The translations under genes and the position numbers were made by a program. 64,000 nucleotides of DNA from the NCBI RefSeq assembly GCF_058153355.1, contig NZ_CM177019.1; one strand, given 5' to 3'. The stretch's first letter is position 1. The number at the start of each line of letters is the position of its first letter. Positions 1-12,781 of this stretch are shown piece after piece. Below the pieces are notes generated by a model. That model was given only the letters and a program-made list of their open reading frames with translations. It did no database searches and was not told where the DNA came from.

Positions 1-670
1 CGATTTTATGTTTATGCTCAACCACCATTTGCATAAAGCGGCCCAGTTGTTCACGCTCCTGACGCAAGTCGGTATTTAACAGCGTTTCGTAACCTTCACG
101 ACCGCCCCACAGGACATAGTTTTCACCGCCCAATTTATGGGTTGCTTCCATCGCTGTAACAACTTGAGTTGCCGCCCAACTAAAGACTTCTGGATCTGGG
201 TTCGTCGCCGCACCCGCACCGTAGCGAGGGTTTGTAAAGCAGTTAGCGGTTCCCCACAGCAGCTTCACGCCGCTCTCTTCTTGCTTGCCTGCCAGGACAT
301 CAACCATTTGCGCAAAATTATTGATGTACTCTTTTAACGACGCGCCCTCAGGGGAAACATCCACATCGTGGAAGCAATAAAATGGCACATGTAATTTGTG
401 GAAAAACTCAAATGCGACATCTGCTTTACGCTTCGCCAACGACAGTGCCTCACCAGGCTGCTGCCACGGACGATTAAACGCCCCCACACCAAACATGTCC
501 GCCCCGTTCCAGCAGAAGGTGTGCCAGTAGCAGGCGGCAAAACGCAAGTGCTCTTCCATACGCTTGCCCAACACCAGTTCGTCGGGATTGTAGTGACGGA
601 ATGCTAACGGGTTAGTGGATTTTGAGCCTTCATAACGAACGCGATCGAGCTGGTCAAAATAGGCTTGCAT
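1..670 (-). CDS. xylA: Xylose isomerase XylA, 5' portion only (N-terminal ~223 aa; gene continues past the window start)
   Basis: Reverse-strand translation from the ATG at 670-668 gives [50 protein letters not shown]..., the XylA N-terminus; divergent from xylF as in the E. coli xyl locus. Confidence 0.9.
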   Translation of the reverse strand, partial: MQAYFDQLDRVRYEGSKSTNPLAFRHYNPDELVLGKRMEEHLRFAACYWHTFCWNGADMFGVGAFNRPWQQPGEALSLAKRKADVAFEFFHKLHVPFYCFHDVDVSPEGASLKEYINNFAQMVDVLAGKQEESGVKLLWGTANCFTNPRYGAGAATNPDPEVFSWAATQVVTAMEATHKLGGENYVLWGGREGYETLLNTDLRQEREQLGRFMQMVVEHKHKI

Positions 671-1035
671 ATTGAACTCCATAATCAGGTAATGCCGCGG
701 GTGATGGATGATGTCGTAATATTGGGCACTCCCTTTCAGTTGCTCAATTATGTTATTTCACACTGCTATTGAGATAATTCACAAGTGTGCGCTCGCTCGC
801 AAAATAAAATGGAATGATGAAACTGGGTAATTCCTCGAAGAGAAAAATGCAATAAGTACAATTGCGCAACAAAAGTAAGATCTCTGTCATAAATCAAGAA
901 ATAAACCAAAAATCGTAATCGAAAGATAAAAATCTGTAATTGTTTTCCCCTGTTTAGTTGCTAAAAATTGGTTACGTTTATCGCGGTGATTGTTACTTAT
1001 TAAAGCTGTCCTCTAACTACAGAAGGCCCTACACC
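671..1035. promoter_or_regulatory. Divergent xylA/xylF promoter region (expected XylR and CRP control)
   Basis: 365-bp AT-rich intergenic region between divergent xylA and xylF; individual operator sites were not resolved. Confidence 0.45.
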
Positions 1036-2028
1036 ATGAAAATAAAGAACATTCTACTCACCCTTTGCACCTCACTTCTGCTTACCAACGTTGCGGCGCA
1101 CGCCAAAGAAGTCAAAATAGGTATGGCGATTGATGATCTCCGTCTTGAACGCTGGCAAAAAGATCGAGATATCTTTGTGAAAAAGGCAGAATCTCTCGGC
1201 GCGAAAGTATTTGTACAGTCTGCAAATGGCAATGAAGAAACACAAATGTCGCAGATTGAAAACATGATTAACCGGGGTGTCGATGTTCTTGTCATTATTC
1301 CGTATAACGGTCAGGTATTAAGTAACGTTGTAAAAGAAGCCAAACAAGAAGGTATTAAAGTATTAGCTTACGACCGTATGATTAACGATGCGGATATCGA
1401 TTTTTATATTTCTTTCGATAATGAAAAAGTCGGTGAACTGCAGGCAAAAGCCCTGGTCGATATTGTTCCGCAAGGTAATTACTTCCTGATGGGCGGTTCG
1501 CCGGTAGATAACAACGCTAAGCTGTTCCGCGCCGGACAAATGAAAGTGTTAAAACCTTACGTTGATTCCGGAAAAATTAAAGTCGTTGGTGACCAATGGG
1601 TTGATGGCTGGTTACCGGAAAACGCACTGAAAATTATGGAAAACGCGCTGACCGCCAATAATAACAAAATTGATGCCGTGGTTGCCTCAAACGATGCCAC
1701 CGCCGGCGGGGCAATTCAGGCATTAAGCGCGCAAGGTTTATCAGGGAAAGTAGCAATATCCGGCCAGGATGCGGATCTCGCAGGTATTAAACGTATTGCT
1801 GCCGGTACGCAAACTATGACGGTGTATAAACCTATTACATTGTTGGCAAATACTGCCGCAGAAATTGCCGTTGAGTTGGGCAATGGTCAGGAACCAAAAG
1901 CAGATACCACACTGAATAATGGTCTGAAAGATGTTCCCTCCCGCCTGCTGACACCGATCGATGTGAATAAAAACAACATCAAAGATACGGTAGTTAAAGA
2001 CGGATTCCACAAAGAGAGCGAGCTGTAA
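1036..2028 (+). CDS. xylF: D-xylose ABC transporter periplasmic binding protein
   Basis: 330-aa ORF beginning MKIKNILLTLCTSLLLTNVAAHA (signal peptide) with periplasmic sugar-binding fold; the listed ORF start at 958 is an upstream extension, true ATG at 1036. Confidence 0.95.
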   Translation: MKIKNILLTLCTSLLLTNVAAHAKEVKIGMAIDDLRLERWQKDRDIFVKKAESLGAKVFVQSANGNEETQMSQIENMINRGVDVLVIIPYNGQVLSNVVKEAKQEGIKVLAYDRMINDADIDFYISFDNEKVGELQAKALVDIVPQGNYFLMGGSPVDNNAKLFRAGQMKVLKPYVDSGKIKVVGDQWVDGWLPENALKIMENALTANNNKIDAVVASNDATAGGAIQALSAQGLSGKVAISGQDADLAGIKRIAAGTQTMTVYKPITLLANTAAEIAVELGNGQEPKADTTLNNGLKDVPSRLLTPIDVNKNNIKDTVVKDGFHKESEL

Positions 2029-2105
2029 GCGTTACGCCCCGGCACAGAGCGGGGGCGTGATTTCTCTCCATGCCGTGTAAATTAATTGGCTTAGGTGGAG
2101 TCGTT

Positions 2106-3647
2106 ATGCCTTATCTACTTGAAATGAAGAACATTACCAAAACCTTCGGCAGTGTGAAGGCAATTGATAACGTTAGCTTGCGGTTGAATGCCGGCGAAAT
2201 CGTCTCACTCTGCGGGGAAAATGGGTCTGGTAAATCAACGCTGATGAAAGTGCTGTGTGGTATTTATCCCCATGGCTCCTACGAAGGCGAAATTATTTTT
2301 GCGGGAGAAGAGATTCAGGCGAGTCACATCCGCGATACCGAACGCAAAGGTATCGCCATCATTCACCAGGAATTGGCCCTGGTGAAAGAATTGACCGTGC
2401 TGGAAAATATCTTCCTGGGTAACGAAATAACCCATAATGGCATTATGGATTATGATCTGATGACGCTACGCTGTCAGAAGCTGCTCGCACAGGTCAGTTT
2501 ATCCATTTCACCAGATACCCGCGTTGGCGATTTAGGGCTTGGGCAACAACAACTGGTTGAAATTGCCAAGGCACTTAATAAACAGGTGCGTTTGTTAATT
2601 CTCGATGAGCCGACAGCCTCATTAACTGAGCAGGAAACGTCGGTTTTACTGGATATTATTCGCGATCTACAACAGCACGGTATCGCCTGTATTTATATTT
2701 CGCACAAACTCAACGAAGTCAAAGCGATTTCCGATACGATTTGCGTTATTCGCGACGGTCAGCACATTGGTACGCGTGATGCTGCCGGAATGAGTGAAGA
2801 CGATATTATCACCATGATGGTCGGGCGAGAGTTAACCGCGCTTTACCCTAATGAACCACATACCACCGGAGATGAAATATTACGTATTGAACATCTGACG
2901 GCATGGCATCCGGTTAATCGTCATATTAAACGAGTTAATGATGTCTCGTTTTCCCTGAAACGTGGCGAAATACTGGGTATTGCCGGACTCGTTGGTGCCG
3001 GACGTACCGAGACCATTCAGTGCCTGTTTGGCGTGTGGCCCGGACAATGGGAAGGAAAAATTTATATTGATGGCAAACAGGTAGATATTCGTAACTGTCA
3101 GCAAGCCATCGCCCAGGGGATTGCGATGGTACCCGAAGACAGAAAGCGCGACGGCATCGTTCCGGTAATGGCGGTTGGTAAAAATATTACCCTCGCCGCA
3201 CTCAATAAATTTACCGGCGGTATTAGCCAGCTTGATGACGCGGCAGAGCAAAAATGTATTCTGGAATCAATCCAGCAACTCAAAGTTAAAACGTCGTCCC
3301 CCGACCTTGCTATTGGACGTTTGAGCGGCGGCAATCAGCAAAAAGCGATCCTCGCTCGCTGTCTGTTACTCAACCCGCGCATTCTCATTCTTGATGAACC
3401 TACCAGGGGTATCGATATTGGCGCGAAATACGAGATCTACAAATTAATTAACCAACTCGTCCAGCAGGGTATTGCCGTTATTGTCATCTCTTCCGAATTA
3501 CCTGAAGTGCTCGGCCTTAGCGATCGTGTACTGGTGATGCATGAAGGGAAACTAAAAGCCAACCTGATAAATCATAACCTGACTCAGGAGCAGGTGATGG
3601 AAGCCGCATTGAGGAGCGAACATCATGTCGAAAAGCAATCCGTCTGA
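2106..3647 (+). CDS. xylG: D-xylose ABC transporter ATP-binding protein (duplicated ABC domains)
   Basis: 513 aa from [14 protein letters not shown]; two Walker A motifs ([18 protein letters not shown]) and two LSGG signatures. Confidence 0.95.
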
Positions 3648-4806
3648 AGTGAAATTGGCCGTACCGACATCCGGTGGCTTTTCCGGGCTGAAGTCACTGA
3701 ATTTGCAGGTCTTCGTGATGATTGCAGCTATCATCGCAATCATGCTGTTCTTTACCTGGACCACCGATGGTGCCTACTTAAGCGCCCGTAACGTCTCCAA
3801 CCTGTTACGCCAGACCGCGATTACCGGCATCCTCGCGGTAGGAATGGTGTTCGTCATAATTTCTGCTGAAATCGACCTTTCCGTCGGCTCAATGATGGGG
3901 CTATTAGGTGGCGTCGCGGCGATTTGTGACGTCTGGCTAGGCTGGCCTTTGCCACTTACCATCATTGTGACGTTGGTTCTGGGACTGCTTCTCGGTGCCT
4001 GGAACGGATGGTGGGTTGCATACCGCAAAGTCCCTTCATTTATTGTCACCCTCGCGGGCATGTTGGCATTTCGCGGCATACTCATTGGCATCACCAACGG
4101 CACGACTGTATCCCCCACCAGCGCCGCGATGTCACAAATCGGGCAAAGCTATCTACCCGCCAGCACCGGCTTCATCATTGGCGCGCTTGGCTTAATGGCT
4201 TTTGTTGGCTGGCAATGGCGCGGAAGAATGCGCCGTCAGGCTTTGGGTTTGCAGTCTCCGGCCTCTACCGCAGTTGTCGGTCGCCAGGCATTAACGGCGA
4301 TTATCGTCTTAGGCGCAATCTGGCTGTTGAACGATTACCGTGGCGTTCCCACTCCTGTTCTGCTGCTGACGTTGCTGTTACTCGGCGGAATGTTTATGGC
4401 AACGCGGACGGCATTTGGAAGACGCATTTATGCCATCGGCGGCAATCTGGAAGCAGCACGGCTCTCCGGGATTAACGTTGAACGCACCAAACTTGCCGTG
4501 TTCGCTATTAACGGATTAATGGTAGCCATCGCCGGATTAATCCTCAGTTCTCGACTTGGCGCAGGTTCACCTTCTGCGGGAAATATCGCCGAACTGGACG
4601 CAATTGCCGCATGTGTGATTGGCGGCACCAGTCTGGCAGGCGGAGTCGGGAGCGTGGCCGGAGCAGTAATGGGGGCATTCATCATGGCTTCACTGGATAA
4701 CGGCATGAGTATGATGGATGTACCGACCTTCTGGCAGTATATCGTTAAAGGTGCGATTCTGTTGCTGGCAGTATGGATGGACTCCGCAACCAAACGCCGT
4801 TCTTGA
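3625..4806 (+). CDS. xylH: D-xylose ABC transporter permease
   Basis: 393-aa polytopic membrane ORF overlapping the xylG 3' end; operon position. Confidence 0.95.
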
Positions 4807-4825
4807 TTTTGATAAAAATTTTCTC

Positions 4826-4859
4826 AAAACCGGTAACGTATTACCGGTTTTGAGTTTTT
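4826..4859 (+). terminator. Putative rho-independent terminator after xylH
   Basis: Hairpin aaaaccggtaa-cgta-ttaccggtttt followed by a T-rich run. Confidence 0.5.
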
Positions 4860-4883
4860 GCATGATTCAGCAGGAAAAGAACC

Positions 4884-6062
4884 ATGTTTACTAAACGTCA
4901 CCGCATCACATTGCTGTTCAATGCTAATAAAGCCTATGACCGTCAGGTAGTAGAAGGCGTAGGGGAATATTTACAGGCGTCACAATCGGAATGGGATATT
5001 TTCATTGAAGAAGATTTCCGCGCCCGCATTGATAAAATCAAGGACTGGTTAGGAGATGGCGTCATTGCCGACTTCGATGACAAACAAATCGAGCAAGCAC
5101 TGGCTAACGTCGACGTCCCCATTGTTGGGGTTGGTGGTTCGTATCACCTTGCCGAAAGTTACCCACCCGTTCATTACATTGCCACCGATAACTATGCACT
5201 GGTTGAAAGCGCATTTTTGCATTTAAAAGAGAAAGGCGTTAACCGCTTTGCTTTTTATGGTCTTCCGGAATCCAGCGGCAAACGTTGGGCCACTGAACGC
5301 GAATATGCATTCCGTCAGCTTGTCGCCGAAGAAAAGTATCGCGGAGTGGTTTATCAGGGGTTAGAAACAGCGCCAGAGAACTGGCAACACGCGCAAAATC
5401 GGCTGGCAGACTGGCTACAAACGCTGCCGCCGCAAACCGGGATCATTGCCGTTACTGACGCCCGGGCGCGGCACATTCTGCAAGTATGCGAACATCTGCA
5501 TATTCCTGTGCCGGAAAAATTATGTGTGATTGGCATCGATAACGAAGAACTTACCCGCTATCTGTCGCGTGTCGCTCTTTCTTCGGTCGCTCAGGGCGCG
5601 CGGCAAATGGGATATCAGGCGGCAAAACTGTTGCATCGATTATTAGATAAAGAAGAAATGCCGCTACAGCGGATTTTGGTCCCACCAGTTCGCGTCATTG
5701 AACGGCGCTCAACAGATTACCGTTCGCTGACCGATCCCGCCGTTATTCAGGCCATGCATTACATTCGTAATCACGCCTGTAAAGGGATTAAAGTGGATCA
5801 GGTACTCGATGCCGTCGGGATCTCTCGCTCCAATCTTGAGAAGCGTTTTAAAGAAGAGGTGGGTGAAACCATCCATGCCATGATTCATGCCGAGAAGCTG
5901 GAAAAAGCGCGCAGTCTGCTGATTTCAACCACCTTATCGATCAATGAGATATCGCAAATGTGCGGTTATCCATCGCTGCAATATTTCTACTCTGTTTTTA
6001 AAAAAGCATATGACACGACGCCAAAAGAGTATCGCGATGTAAATAGCGAGGTCATGTTGTAG
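4884..6062 (+). CDS. xylR: Xylose operon transcriptional activator (AraC family with periplasmic-binding-like N-domain)
   Basis: 392-aa ORF; C-terminal AraC-type HTH region (...INEISQMCGYPSLQYFYSVFKKAYDTTPKEYR). Confidence 0.95.
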   Translation: MFTKRHRITLLFNANKAYDRQVVEGVGEYLQASQSEWDIFIEEDFRARIDKIKDWLGDGVIADFDDKQIEQALANVDVPIVGVGGSYHLAESYPPVHYIATDNYALVESAFLHLKEKGVNRFAFYGLPESSGKRWATEREYAFRQLVAEEKYRGVVYQGLETAPENWQHAQNRLADWLQTLPPQTGIIAVTDARARHILQVCEHLHIPVPEKLCVIGIDNEELTRYLSRVALSSVAQGARQMGYQAAKLLHRLLDKEEMPLQRILVPPVRVIERRSTDYRSLTDPAVIQAMHYIRNHACKGIKVDQVLDAVGISRSNLEKRFKEEVGETIHAMIHAEKLEKARSLLISTTLSINEISQMCGYPSLQYFYSVFKKAYDTTPKEYRDVNSEVML

Positions 6063-6074
6063 CGATGATGAGAA

Positions 6075-6157
6075 TTGTCGGCGTCGCATCAGGCAACGCT
6101 GCGTGGTTGTCGCATGCGACGTGAACGCCTTATCCGACCAACAAGTCGGATAAGGCT
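6075..6157. repeat. REP-type palindromic unit(s)
   Basis: gtcggcgtcgcatcaggc ... cgccttatccgac / gtcggataaggc inverted-repeat motifs typical of enterobacterial REP elements. Confidence 0.45.
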
Positions 6158-6170
6158 TCAGGGAATACAA

Positions 6171-6995
6171 TTACATATGCGCCGCGATTAACCGTTGGTT
6201 ATCCTGGTACATTGCGAACAGGTAGTTGTTATAACTCTTCCCTTTGGTCGAGTAGCCCTTCAGCTTGTGAATCATCGCTGTGGCAGTCACTTCCTGATCC
6301 GCTTTACGCAGTTGTGCACGCGATTTACGGAACGAAGAGTAAGCCGGGTGAGTATTCAGGTTAGTGACATAGGCGCTCACCGATTCTTTGACAGAACTAA
6401 ACTGTGAGTACCCCTTCACTTTACCCGGCGCATTGGTACAACGTCCTTTCATGCACTTCATGCCGAATAGGTTGTTGTTGCTACGCGCCAGCTTCGACGT
6501 TCCCCAACCGCTTTCTGCTGCAGCCATCGTCGCCACCATACTGGTAGGAATAATGTCTACGCGTTCCAGCAAGGTATTCCACGGGATTTTTCGCGTATTA
6601 CCAGACCACTTCACCTTGTAGCGTTTGGCGATGTCTTTCAGACGCGCACGCTCAGCAGGTGACCATTGGCCCTGATACTGTTTTGAAATGAGCCAGTTAC
6701 GTTCCTCAGTAATGGCCGCATTTTGGCTGGTAATGTAAGGCATTACGGTCCGGAGAAACGCTTTTTTCCTTGGTGTTCCGGAAGGGTATTTTCGCAAATC
6801 AGGAAGTGAACTACTCTTTGCACTATTGCGAGAATACTCTTGTTTACTGCTTACCTGTTTATTACTAGCTTTAATTAAGTGGGACTTTTGACTCGCTGTT
6901 GTTGTGTGCGTCTTCGCTAACACCTCACTCGAAAACACCAGAGTGAGTAACATAAGAATCATCGCCCCATATCGTCGTATGGGAGTCAAAATCAT
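6171..6995 (-). CDS. bax: Bax protein (glucosaminidase-like, signal peptide)
   Basis: 274-aa ORF with N-terminal signal sequence MILTPIRRYGAMILMLLTLVFSSEVLA; position between xylR and malS. Confidence 0.85.
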   Translation of the reverse strand: MILTPIRRYGAMILMLLTLVFSSEVLAKTHTTTASQKSHLIKASNKQVSSKQEYSRNSAKSSSLPDLRKYPSGTPRKKAFLRTVMPYITSQNAAITEERNWLISKQYQGQWSPAERARLKDIAKRYKVKWSGNTRKIPWNTLLERVDIIPTSMVATMAAAESGWGTSKLARSNNNLFGMKCMKGRCTNAPGKVKGYSQFSSVKESVSAYVTNLNTHPAYSSFRKSRAQLRKADQEVTATAMIHKLKGYSTKGKSYNNYLFAMYQDNQRLIAAHM

Positions 6996-7219
6996 CAGGT
7001 CTCCTGGTCGGATTTAATCATTCCAACACCTTATATTTTTCACAAATTTGAGAGTTGAATCTCAAATCATATCAAAAATAGCCGTCAAGAGCACCCCAAG
7101 GAATAGTCCAAATCTGAAACTATGTCACGTGTTAACGATTCAGATTGGCGCTAAATCGCAGAAAATGTGGGGTTTATCGCAAAATTCAGCCGTTTTTTGC
7201 GCGCGATCGCTCACCCTTG

Positions 7220-7260
7220 CTTCTCATCCTGTGGACTTACCGCTCAGGGATGAGTTTTGT
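7220..7260 (+). promoter_or_regulatory. Possible MalT-box-like motifs upstream of malS
   Basis: GGATGAG-like motifs (ctcatcctgtgg reverse; gggatgagtt forward) about 60-90 bp upstream of the malS start; weak match. Confidence 0.3.
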
Positions 7261-7314
7261 CTAGCTTATCGCTGGCAAACTGTCTGAAATCGCAGCAATA
7301 AGGACTCATCCGCC

Positions 7315-9345
7315 ATGAAACTCGCCGCCTGTTTTCTGACACTCCTTCCTGGCTTCGCCGTTGCCGCCAGCTGGACTTCTCCGGGGTTCCCTGCCTTTAG
7401 CGAACAGGGAACGGGAACATTTGTCAGCCACGCGCAGTTGCCCAAAGGTACGCGTCCACTAACGCTAAATTTTGACCAACAGTGCTGGCAGCCTGCGGAT
7501 GCGATAAAACTCAATCAGATGCTTTCCCTGCAACCTTGTAGCAACACGCCACCTCAATGGCGATTGTTCAGGGACGGCGAATATACGCTGCAACTAGACA
7601 CCCGCTCCGGTACACCAACATTGATGATTTCCATCCAGAACGCCGTCGAACCGGTAGCAAGCCTGGTCCGTGAATGCCCGAAATGGGATGGATTACCGCT
7701 CACACTGGATGTCAGCGCCACTTTTCCGGAGGGAGCCGCAGTCCGGGATTATTACAGCCAGCAAATTGCGATAGTGAAGAACGGTCAAATAACGTTACAA
7801 CCCGCTGCCACCAGCAACGGTTTACTCCTGCTGGAACGGGCAGAAACTGACACATCCGCCCCTTTCGACTGGCATAACGCCACGGTTTACTTTGTGCTGA
7901 CAGATCGTTTCGAAAACGGCGATCCCAGTAATGACCAGAGTTACGGACGCCATAAAGACGGTATGGCAGAAATTGGAACTTTTCACGGCGGCGATTTACG
8001 CGGCCTGACCAACAAACTGGATTACCTCCAGCAGCTGGGCGTCAATGCTTTATGGATAAGTGCCCCATTTGAGCAAATTCACGGCTGGGTCGGCGGCGGT
8101 ACAAAAGGCGATTTCCCGCATTATGCCTACCACGGTTATTACACACAGGACTGGACGAATCTTGATGCCAATATGGGCAGCGAAGCCGATCTCCGGACGC
8201 TGGTTGATAGCGCGCATCAGCGCGGTATTCGTATTCTCTTTGATGTCGTGATGAACCACACCGGCTATGCCACACTGGCGGATATGCAGGAGTATCAGTT
8301 TGGCGCGTTATACCTTTCTGGTGATGAGCTGAAAAAAACGTTAGGTGACCGCTGGAGCGACTGGAAGCCCGCCGCCGGGCAAACCTGGCATAGCTTTAAC
8401 GATTACATTAATTTCAGCGACAAAACAGGCTGGGATAAATGGTGGGGAAAAAACTGGATCAGAACGGATATCGGCGACTACGACAATCCTGGATTTGACG
8501 ATCTCACCATGTCGCTGGCCTTTTTACCGGATATCAAAACCGAATCAACTACCGCTTCTGGCCTGCCAGTGTTCTATAACAACAAAACGGATACCCACGC
8601 TAAAGCCATTGACGGCTTTACCCCTCGAGATTACTTAACCCATTGGTTAAGCCAGTGGGTCCGTGACTACGGAATTGATGGTTTTCGGGTCGATACCGCC
8701 AAGCATGTTGAGTTGCCCGCCTGGCAGCAACTGAAAACCGAAGCCAGCGCCGCACTTCGCGAATGGAAAAAAGCGAATCCCGATAAAGCGTTAGATGACA
8801 CACCGTTCTGGATGACCGGTGAAGCCTGGGGCCACGGCGTGATGCAAAGTGACTACTATCGCCACGGCTTCGATGCGATGATCAATTTCGATTATCAGGA
8901 GCAGGCGGCTAAAGCAGTCGATTGTCTGGCGCAGATGGATACGACCTGGCAGCAAATGGCAGAGAAATTGCAGGATTTCAACGTGTTGAGCTATCTTTCG
9001 TCGCATGATACCCGCCTGTTTCGTGAAGGGGGCGACAAAGCAGCAGAGTTATTGTTATTAGCGCCAGGCGCAGTACAAATCTTTTATGGTGATGAATCCT
9101 CTCGTCCGTTCGGTCCTACCGGTTCTGATCCGCTGCAAGGCACGCGTTCGGATATGAACTGGCAGGATGTTAACGGTAAATCTGCCGCTAGCGTCGCGCA
9201 CTGGCAGAAAATCAGCCAGTTCCGCGCCCGCCATCCCGCAATTGGCGCGGGCAAACAAACGACACTTTCGCTGAAGCAGGGCTACGGCTTTGTTCGTGAG
9301 CATGGCGACGATAAAGTGCTGGTCATCTGGGCTGGGCAACAGTGA
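7315..9345 (+). CDS. malS: Periplasmic alpha-amylase
   Basis: 676-aa ORF with signal peptide MKLAACFLTLLPGFAVAASW and GH13 motifs (GFRVDTAKH, EAWGHG, FYGDE). Confidence 0.95.
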   Translation: MKLAACFLTLLPGFAVAASWTSPGFPAFSEQGTGTFVSHAQLPKGTRPLTLNFDQQCWQPADAIKLNQMLSLQPCSNTPPQWRLFRDGEYTLQLDTRSGTPTLMISIQNAVEPVASLVRECPKWDGLPLTLDVSATFPEGAAVRDYYSQQIAIVKNGQITLQPAATSNGLLLLERAETDTSAPFDWHNATVYFVLTDRFENGDPSNDQSYGRHKDGMAEIGTFHGGDLRGLTNKLDYLQQLGVNALWISAPFEQIHGWVGGGTKGDFPHYAYHGYYTQDWTNLDANMGSEADLRTLVDSAHQRGIRILFDVVMNHTGYATLADMQEYQFGALYLSGDELKKTLGDRWSDWKPAAGQTWHSFNDYINFSDKTGWDKWWGKNWIRTDIGDYDNPGFDDLTMSLAFLPDIKTESTTASGLPVFYNNKTDTHAKAIDGFTPRDYLTHWLSQWVRDYGIDGFRVDTAKHVELPAWQQLKTEASAALREWKKANPDKALDDTPFWMTGEAWGHGVMQSDYYRHGFDAMINFDYQEQAAKAVDCLAQMDTTWQQMAEKLQDFNVLSYLSSHDTRLFREGGDKAAELLLLAPGAVQIFYGDESSRPFGPTGSDPLQGTRSDMNWQDVNGKSAASVAHWQKISQFRARHPAIGAGKQTTLSLKQGYGFVREHGDDKVLVIWAGQQ

Positions 9346-9521
9346 CTTTCCGGCTTCCCGTTCGTCAGTACCTCGGGAAGCCGCCAACCAGGATAAAATG
9401 TCAGCCCTAATCAGAGTTGCAGGATAAAGCACCGCTCCCTCTTCAACAGAGCGATTTGCACCCCAGCAAATGTAGCGTTATTGTTACCTTCCTTGCTACA
9501 GAGTTCGACAGATATCCCGCT

Positions 9522-10775
9522 ATGACATTCTCCCTTTTTGGTGACAAATTTACCCGCCACTCCGGCATTACGCTGCTGATGGAAGATCTGAACGACGGTT
9601 TACGCACGCCTGGCGCGATTATGCTCGGCGGCGGTAATCCAGCGCAGATCCCGGAAATGCAGGACTACTTCCAGACGCTACTGACCGACATGCTGGAAAG
9701 TGGCAAAGCGACTGATGCACTGTGCAATTACGACGGTCCACAGGGGAAAACGGAGCTACTCACACTGCTTGCCGGAATGCTACGCGAGAAGTTGGGTTGG
9801 GATATCGAACCACAGAATATTGCACTAACAAACGGCAGCCAGAGCGCGTTTTTCTACTTATTTAATCTGTTCGCCGGACGCCGTGCCGATGGTCGGATCA
9901 AAAAAGTGCTGTTTCCGCTGGCACCGGAATACATTGGCTACGCTGACGCCGGACTGGAAGAAGATCTGTTTGTCTCTGCGCGTCCGAATATTGAACTGCT
10001 GCCGGAAGGCCAGTTTAAATACCACGTTGATTTTGAGCATCTGCATATTGGCGAAGAAACCGGGATGATTTGCGTCTCCCGGCCGACGAATCCAACAGGC
10101 AATGTGATTACTGACGAAGAGTTGCTGAAGCTTGACGCGCTGGCGAATCAACACGGCATTCCGCTGGTGATTGATAACGCTTATGGCGTCCCGTTCCCGG
10201 GTATCATCTTCAGCGAAGCGCGCCCGCTGTGGAATCCGAATATCGTACTGTGCATGAGTCTTTCCAAGCTGGGTCTACCAGGCTCCCGCTGCGGCATTAT
10301 CATCGCCAATGAAAAAATCATCACCGCCATCACCAATATGAACGGCATTATCAGCCTTGCACCTGGCGGTATTGGTCCAGCGATGATGTGTGAAATGATT
10401 AAGCGTAACGATCTGCTGCGCCTGTCTGAAACAGTCATCAAACCGTTTTACTACCAGCGTGTTCAGGAAACTATCGCCATCATTCGCCGCTATTTACCAG
10501 AAGATCGCTGCCTGATTCATAAACCCGAAGGGGCCATTTTTCTCTGGCTATGGTTTAAGGATTTGCCAATTACGACCGAGCAGCTTTACCAGCACCTGAA
10601 ATCGCGCGGCGTGCTAATGGTACCGGGGCACAACTTCTTCCCAGGGCTGGATAAACCGTGGCCACATACACATCAATGTATGCGCATGAACTACGTGCCG
10701 GAGCCGGAGAAAATTGAGGCGGGTGTGAAGATTCTGGCAGAAGAGATAGAAAGAGCCTGGGCTGAAAGTCATTAA
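9522..10775 (+). CDS. avtA: Valine-pyruvate aminotransferase
   Basis: 417-aa ORF from MTFSLFGDKFTRHSGITLLMEDLNDG; PLP aminotransferase fold (SLSKLGLPGSRCG lysine region); the listed ORF start at 9417 is an upstream extension. Confidence 0.95.
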   Translation: MTFSLFGDKFTRHSGITLLMEDLNDGLRTPGAIMLGGGNPAQIPEMQDYFQTLLTDMLESGKATDALCNYDGPQGKTELLTLLAGMLREKLGWDIEPQNIALTNGSQSAFFYLFNLFAGRRADGRIKKVLFPLAPEYIGYADAGLEEDLFVSARPNIELLPEGQFKYHVDFEHLHIGEETGMICVSRPTNPTGNVITDEELLKLDALANQHGIPLVIDNAYGVPFPGIIFSEARPLWNPNIVLCMSLSKLGLPGSRCGIIIANEKIITAITNMNGIISLAPGGIGPAMMCEMIKRNDLLRLSETVIKPFYYQRVQETIAIIRRYLPEDRCLIHKPEGAIFLWLWFKDLPITTEQLYQHLKSRGVLMVPGHNFFPGLDKPWPHTHQCMRMNYVPEPEKIEAGVKILAEEIERAWAESH

Positions 10776-10802
10776 AAATTGCCTGATGCACTACGCTTAT
10801 CA

Positions 10803-12029
<1,227 letters not shown>

Positions 12030-12059
12030 CATGCCTGCAATCTGGGAAACCGGGGTAGA

Positions 12060-12090
<31 letters not shown>

Positions 12091-12206
12091 TCATTTCTGC
12101 AATATATTGAATTTGGAATAATTTGTAGGCCGGATAAGGCGTTTAAGCCGCATCCGGCATAAACAAAGCGCACTATTCCTGCGTTAAAAAACGCCGGAAA
12201 AACGTT

Positions 12207-12680
12207 TCAAACAGACTGCTGCCGTAGCCGATGCCGCTGCACTTTCTCGACATCCATGCATTGCAACGCTTGTGTTGGGCAAGCTTCAACACAAGCCGGT
12301 CCCGTCGCCCGATGCCAGCACAGATCGCACTTAATCGCCCTCGCCTTTGTGCGTGAAGAAACGACCTCCATCGCACCAAACGGGCAAGCCAGCATACAGC
12401 TTTTACAGCCAATACAACGTGATTGTTCAACGAAAATATGCCCATGTTCGCGACTTATCGCGTCAACAGGGCACACATTTGCGCTCGGTGCATCTTCACA
12501 CTGATGACAGGCTACTGCCGTGGTGTAAGTATGATCTTTAATGACACGAATACGCGAAATAAACTCACCGGGTGACAACGCAGCGCAATCCTGATTCTCC
12601 TGATGCGACACTGCGCAAGCCACTTCACAGGTACGGCAACCGATACATTTCGTCGCATCCGCAATAATAAACCGGTTCAT
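12207..12680 (-). CDS. ysaA: 4Fe-4S ferredoxin-like protein
   Basis: 157 aa with multiple CxxCxxC(x)nCP clusters (CIGCRTCEVAC, CHQCEDAPSANVCP, CIGCKSCMLACP, CDLC...CVEACP). Confidence 0.85.
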   Translation of the reverse strand: MNRFIIADATKCIGCRTCEVACAVSHQENQDCAALSPGEFISRIRVIKDHTYTTAVACHQCEDAPSANVCPVDAISREHGHIFVEQSRCIGCKSCMLACPFGAMEVVSSRTKARAIKCDLCWHRATGPACVEACPTQALQCMDVEKVQRHRLRQQSV

Positions 12681-12781
12681 GATCACTCCTTTGCACTAAA
12701 ACAGCAGAGTGCCAGAGAGCGCGTCTCTACTGCTTTGATCCAACGAAGGAAATGTTAAAGTTTTGGCACTTGTCCAGAGCG

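Noticed and set aside
958-1035. Upstream extensions of ORF-track starts (xylF 958, xylG 2070, avtA 9417, sgbU 20299, mtlD 58869, vgrG-1 38148, aldB N-fragment 32659)
   Set aside because: The conserved N-termini, signal peptides or RBS positions indicate the internal start codons; the extensions run through promoter or REP sequence.
3774-4793. Several ORFs of 66-155 aa overlapping xylH in other frames
   Set aside because: Embedded in the well-supported xylH permease gene; no independent evidence.
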